Positions 33,777 through 37,363 of a stretch of DNA of 37,363 nucleotides are shown in pieces; positions within the stretch are counted from its first letter, which is position 1; the number at the start of each line of letters is the position of its first letter. Origin of the DNA: Gammaproteobacteria bacterium. GTDB lineage: Bacteria > Pseudomonadota > Gammaproteobacteria > SG8-11. The translations under genes and the position numbers were made by a program. The notes under the pieces were generated by a model. The model was not told the DNA's origin. It worked only from the letters and a program-made list of their open reading frames with translations, and ran no database searches. The stretch is from contig JACQEQ010000301.1 of assembly GCA_016200445.1 (NCBI GenBank), positions 1-37,363 on the forward strand, given 5' to 3'.

Positions 33777-34655
33777 ATGAAACGCATATTTTTGTTCCTG
33801 ATGACCAACCTGGCCATCATGCTGGTGCTGAGTGTCACAGTGCATTTGTTGGGTGCGGATCGGTTTTTAACTCAGAACGGATTGAACCTCACGTCATTAC
33901 TGATATTTGCCGCCATCTTCGGTTTCGGCGGATCGTTCATTTCGCTGCTGATGTCGAAATGGATCGCCAAGCGTTCGATGGGCGCACAGGTCATCGAACA
34001 ACCGCGTACCGAGACCGAACGCTGGTTAGTTGAAACCGTGCGTCGTCAGGCGCTGCAAGCGGGTATCGGCATGCCGGAAGTCGCGATCTTCGACAGCCCG
34101 GATGTCAATGCATTTGCCACCGGCGCAAGCCGCAACAGCGCGTTGGTTGCGGTGAGCAGTGGCTTGTTGCACAGCATGACGCGCGATGAAGCCGAAGCCG
34201 TACTCGGCCATGAGATTACCCATGTGGCCAATGGCGATATGGTGACGCTCGCGTTGATTCAAGGCGTCGTGAATACCTTTGTGATTTTCCTGGCGCGCGT
34301 CATCGGCTACTTCGTCGACCGCGTGGTGTTCAAGTCCGAACGCGATAACGGCCCGGCATTTTGGATCGCGACGATCGTCGCCGAATTGGTGTTGGGTATT
34401 TTAGCCAGCACCATCGTCATGTGGTTCAGCCGCCAACGTGAGTTTCGCGCCGACGCCGGTGGTGCGCGCTTGAGTGAACCCCGGAAAATGATCGCCGCGT
34501 TGGAGCGCTTGCAAGCGCAAATGCATCCGGCACAATTGCCCGATCAACTCGCCGCGTTTGGAATTTCCGGTGGCTTGGCACATGGCTTCAAGCGTCTGTT
34601 CATGTCGCATCCACCGCTTGCCGAACGCATCGCACGATTGCGCGCCGCGCAGTAA
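33777..34655 (+). CDS. htpX: Zinc metalloprotease HtpX (M48)
   Basis: [18 protein letters not shown]..., [11 protein letters not shown] (HExxH), and the C-terminal [10 protein letters not shown]. Confidence 0.9.
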   Translation: MKRIFLFLMTNLAIMLVLSVTVHLLGADRFLTQNGLNLTSLLIFAAIFGFGGSFISLLMSKWIAKRSMGAQVIEQPRTETERWLVETVRRQALQAGIGMPEVAIFDSPDVNAFATGASRNSALVAVSSGLLHSMTRDEAEAVLGHEITHVANGDMVTLALIQGVVNTFVIFLARVIGYFVDRVVFKSERDNGPAFWIATIVAELVLGILASTIVMWFSRQREFRADAGGARLSEPRKMIAALERLQAQMHPAQLPDQLAAFGISGGLAHGFKRLFMSHPPLAERIARLRAAQ

Positions 34656-34676
34656 TCCAAGTGTATTAACAACAAA

Positions 34677-34705
34677 CAGGCCGCATGGAATTTCCATGCG
34701 GCCTG
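34677..34705. terminator. Bidirectional terminator hairpin between convergent htpX and the FimX-like gene
   Basis: CAGGCCGCATGGA-att-TCCATGCGGCCTG forms a 13-bp perfect stem. It is flanked by A-rich sequence on the left and T-rich sequence on the right. Confidence 0.8.
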
Positions 34706-34727
34706 TAAATTTTATAAAAGTAGATGT

Positions 34728-36545
34728 TTACCCGCCGGTGAAGTCATAGTTCATCGCGTTATCGGGCTTTTGCAGATAATAACCCTGGATAAAATTCACG
34801 CCGCTTTGCCATAACACCGCTAGGCTGTTGGCGTCTTGCACATGTTCGGCGATGGTCTGTTTGTTTTCCGCACGGGCAATGTCGGTGATTATTTTGAGCA
34901 TGTCGCGGCTCTTTTCATTGGTGGCGAGCGTTGCGATGTGCGAACCGTCGATTTTTAAAAACTTCACATCCAAATGTTTGAGATAACTGAATGACTGAGT
35001 TTCACTGCCGACGTGGTCGATGGCGAATTCACAGTGCAGTTGCTTCAAGCCGTTGATGAACAGCTTGGTTTCTTTCAGTGCGCTCAACACCGACGCCTCG
35101 CTGGATTCGAAAATCAAGCTTGCTCCGTGCAAGCGGGCGGCCTTGAGCAGCTTGCTGACCCACACCAAAAACGTTTGGTCTTTCACGGAGTCGTGTGAAA
35201 GTTTGATGAACAGCTGGGTGTTTTGCGCGCTGGTGTTGCGTTTCGTCGTTAACATTTTTACCGCTTGTTTGGTCACCCAGCGATCAATGTCCGGCATCAT
35301 GCCCGCACGCTCGGCCAGTGCCATAAACTCGGCGGGCGATATGTCTTTGTTCTGTTCGTCGAGCATGCGCAGCAACACTTCGTAACGTTCGCCGGGCTCG
35401 GCATGCAGGCTGACGATCGGTTGGTAGACCAGACGGAAGCGATCTTTTTCCAATGCCGTTTTGATGCGTTGAATCCAACCCAGGTCGCGTTCGTTGCTGG
35501 CTCTTTCATCCGCGACGGTATGGATATGAATCTGATTGCCGCCGCCGGATTTGACTTGTTTACAGGCCATGTCGGCATGCGCCAAGACTTTCTTCGCATC
35601 GCTTGAGGTTTCGGTAATTTGTGCCACACCGATGCTGCAGGTGGTAGTGATCGACTGACTTTCCAGTTCGAAGATATTGCCCTCAATCGCCTTGAGCAAT
35701 TTTTCAGCGAGTAGTTTGACTTTACCGATGTCGGCTTCGTGCACCAGGATCGTGAACACTTCGCCGGCAAAGCGCGCGGCAATGTCCGTCGCGCCGATGT
35801 TGTTTTTAATCACGGCGGCCATGTCGCTCAATACTAAATCGCCCGCTGCAATACCGATGGTTTCGGTGATCTGTTTGAATTCGTCCGGTTCCAGGTAAAT
35901 TAGCGCGCTACTTTTACTGGCCTTTTCATTGGTTGCCGATTTAATCGCGGCTTCCAATTGCTCCATAAAATGATTGCGGTTGTACAAGCCGGTGAGCAGG
36001 TCTTGACGTCGTAAGGTGTCGAGTTCTTTTTCCAGTTCTTTGTTGTCCGATTTGCCGCGGATCAACACCTGCGTACACGGCTCGCCTTCGATGCTGGCCG
36101 GTGCGAACACCAGCACGCCAGGAAATTTCTTGCCATCGCTGCGGATCAGCGACATGTCGACATCGCCTTCCGGGGTTTCGCCGGCCGTCAACAAGCGCAA
36201 GATGCCTTTGAACTGCTGATGATTCTCCGGCGCAATCATGTCCATGATGGGGATGCCTTCCACGTCGTCGGCTTCCGCGAAACCGAACATCTCAAGATAG
36301 GTTGCATTGGTGTAAATGTGCATGCCTTCGTGGATGTACGCGATCGCATCGCGCGAGCTATCCATCAAGGAGCGGTTGCGCCGTTCGCTTTCGCGGTACA
36401 TGGTTTTGGCACTGCGGTGGCCGCGGCGTTCTTCCAGGTCGTTGAGTTCGCGTTCGATCACGAGCAACAGCAATTCGTGGTTGGTCTCGGGAACTAAATC
36501 ACGCGCTCCGGCACGCAATCTTGCGAAGCAATCACCAGGTCCCAA
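34728..36545 (-). CDS. FimX-like PAS / degenerate GGDEF / EAL (EVL) protein, main body
   Basis: The PAS region is RSLMDSSRDAIAYI. The GGDEF domain has AGEVF in place of GGDEF/GGEEF. The EAL domain has YEVLLRM (EVL as in FimX) and QGYYLQKP. The only start is a TTG inside the REC-coding region. Confidence 0.8.
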   Translation of the reverse strand: MGPGDCFARLRAGARDLVPETNHELLLLVIERELNDLEERRGHRSAKTMYRESERRNRSLMDSSRDAIAYIHEGMHIYTNATYLEMFGFAEADDVEGIPIMDMIAPENHQQFKGILRLLTAGETPEGDVDMSLIRSDGKKFPGVLVFAPASIEGEPCTQVLIRGKSDNKELEKELDTLRRQDLLTGLYNRNHFMEQLEAAIKSATNEKASKSSALIYLEPDEFKQITETIGIAAGDLVLSDMAAVIKNNIGATDIAARFAGEVFTILVHEADIGKVKLLAEKLLKAIEGNIFELESQSITTTCSIGVAQITETSSDAKKVLAHADMACKQVKSGGGNQIHIHTVADERASNERDLGWIQRIKTALEKDRFRLVYQPIVSLHAEPGERYEVLLRMLDEQNKDISPAEFMALAERAGMMPDIDRWVTKQAVKMLTTKRNTSAQNTQLFIKLSHDSVKDQTFLVWVSKLLKAARLHGASLIFESSEASVLSALKETKLFINGLKQLHCEFAIDHVGSETQSFSYLKHLDVKFLKIDGSHIATLATNEKSRDMLKIITDIARAENKQTIAEHVQDANSLAVLWQSGVNFIQGYYLQKPDNAMNYDFTGG

Positions 36546-36703
36546 GTTTGTTGGGCGAGGGCTTCCTGCAAATCTTCCCCGTCTTCCACGTTCGTCGAGC
36601 GGATCGCGTAACCGGCATTGCGCATCATGCTGGCGATAACTTCCGCTTCGTTGGAAGATTCTTTGATGGTTAGCAGTCGTATTACTTTTTCGTTTTTAGT
36701 CAC
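36494..36703 (-). CDS. N-terminal REC-domain fragment belonging to the FimX-like gene (out of frame with the body)
   Basis: MTKNEKVIRLLTIKESSNEAEVIASMMRNAGYAIRSTNVEDGEDLQEALAQQTWDLVIASQD covers beta1 to beta3 of a receiver fold. The frame then stops. The body frame resumes with LRAGARDLVPETNHELLLLVIERELNDLEERR (beta5/alpha5). Confidence 0.7.
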   Translation of the reverse strand: MTKNEKVIRLLTIKESSNEAEVIASMMRNAGYAIRSTNVEDGEDLQEALAQQTWDLVIASQDCVPERVI

Positions 36704-36780
36704 GTGTTTTCCCTCACACTAGTGATTGCACGCGCAGCCGGAGAGCAGCACGTGCGCGGTTGCGGCGCAAGTTTATCGTA

Positions 36781-37362
36781 TTACAAAGACGACCAGACAT
36801 TATCAAAATTCCACTTAGGTTCATCTTTGTCATCCGGGTCGCGTGTTCGTTCGGATTTCTTGGTGTCTTTAAACTGAAAGTGCGAAAACGCGCCCGTGGT
36901 TTCCAGCGCTTGAGTCAGTTGAATGTTTTTTTTGTCGCTGTCGATACCTAAAGCCAACGTGTCGCCGACTTCATACAGATTGGGTGCGATCAGAGTCACG
37001 GGCAGGTTGGCTTCCTTGATTTCGGGTAATACCAGCGCACGCTGGTATTCGCGGGTTTTTCCGGCGCGTTCTTGCCGCACGGCGGCGGCAATCGCATAAG
37101 GCGCCAGTTTTTGAATACCCAATTCCAGTTGCTTGCCGTCGCGGCTTTTCATCCACCGCACCACGCCGATACTCCAGCGGCTTTTGTTCGGTTCATCCAT
37201 GTCCTGCATGCCGATCAGCTCGCCGACCAGTGCGCTCAAGCCTGCGTTGTCGGCGCCTTCCACCGGCAACCACACCAAGCAAAAACCGCCTGCGCTTTCA
37301 TTCACGGTGCTGCAAACATGAAAATCGTAACGTGCCGTGTTTGATTTGACGTCGTAGCGCAC
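36781..37362 (-). CDS. PilZ-like domain protein, 5' end outside the window
   Basis: NESAGG fits (D/N)xSxxG, followed by VGELIGM...WSIGVVRWM...LELGIQKLAP. It is paralogous by eye to the C-terminus of 31845-33599 and lies directly upstream of the FimX-like gene. Confidence 0.6.
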   Translation of the reverse strand: MRYDVKSNTARYDFHVCSTVNESAGGFCLVWLPVEGADNAGLSALVGELIGMQDMDEPNKSRWSIGVVRWMKSRDGKQLELGIQKLAPYAIAAAVRQERAGKTREYQRALVLPEIKEANLPVTLIAPNLYEVGDTLALGIDSDKKNIQLTQALETTGAFSHFQFKDTKKSERTRDPDDKDEPKWNFDNVWSSL

Positions 37363-37363
37363 C

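Noticed and set aside
36494-36545. Programmed ribosomal frameshift joining the REC fragment to the FimX-like body
   Set aside because: There is no slippery heptamer or downstream structure at the overlap. The receiver domain would still lack its central helices, so a deletion fits better.

Overview
Chromosomal window that looks gammaproteobacterial and is moderately GC-rich. Housekeeping anchors are xseB-ispA, parE, parC, htpX and a FimX-like c-di-GMP protein. No rRNA, tRNA, CRISPR array, integrase or transposase was recognised.

The main result is an accessory block of about 11.7 kb between parE (ends 17728) and parC (starts 29454), all on the + strand. It carries, in order:
- a class II Fic protein
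- an MNT nucleotidyltransferase with no HepT partner
- a 956-aa SNF2 helicase
- an ABC-like ATPase whose stop overlaps the start of a DUF4276 gene
- a type III mod gene that has lost its AdoMet motif I
- a GxxExxY gene bracketed by palindromic repeat units
- a DUF2283 gene that abuts an apparently intact type III res gene

The tightly packed SNF2 / ATPase-DUF4276 / mod-res block (19.9-29.4 kb) is my best candidate for an undescribed or composite defence system.

A second, AT-richer islet at 1.5-3.4 kb holds an overlapping DUF5343 / TIGR02391 gene pair. The TIGR02391 protein has an Rx4H motif as in HEPN RNases. Next to it is a decayed BrnT toxin with an intact putative antitoxin.

The window has many disrupted genes: a metallophosphoesterase, brnT, a rubrerythrin, mod, and the REC domain of the FimX-like gene.

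All family assignments come from motif recognition by eye. No database search was run.
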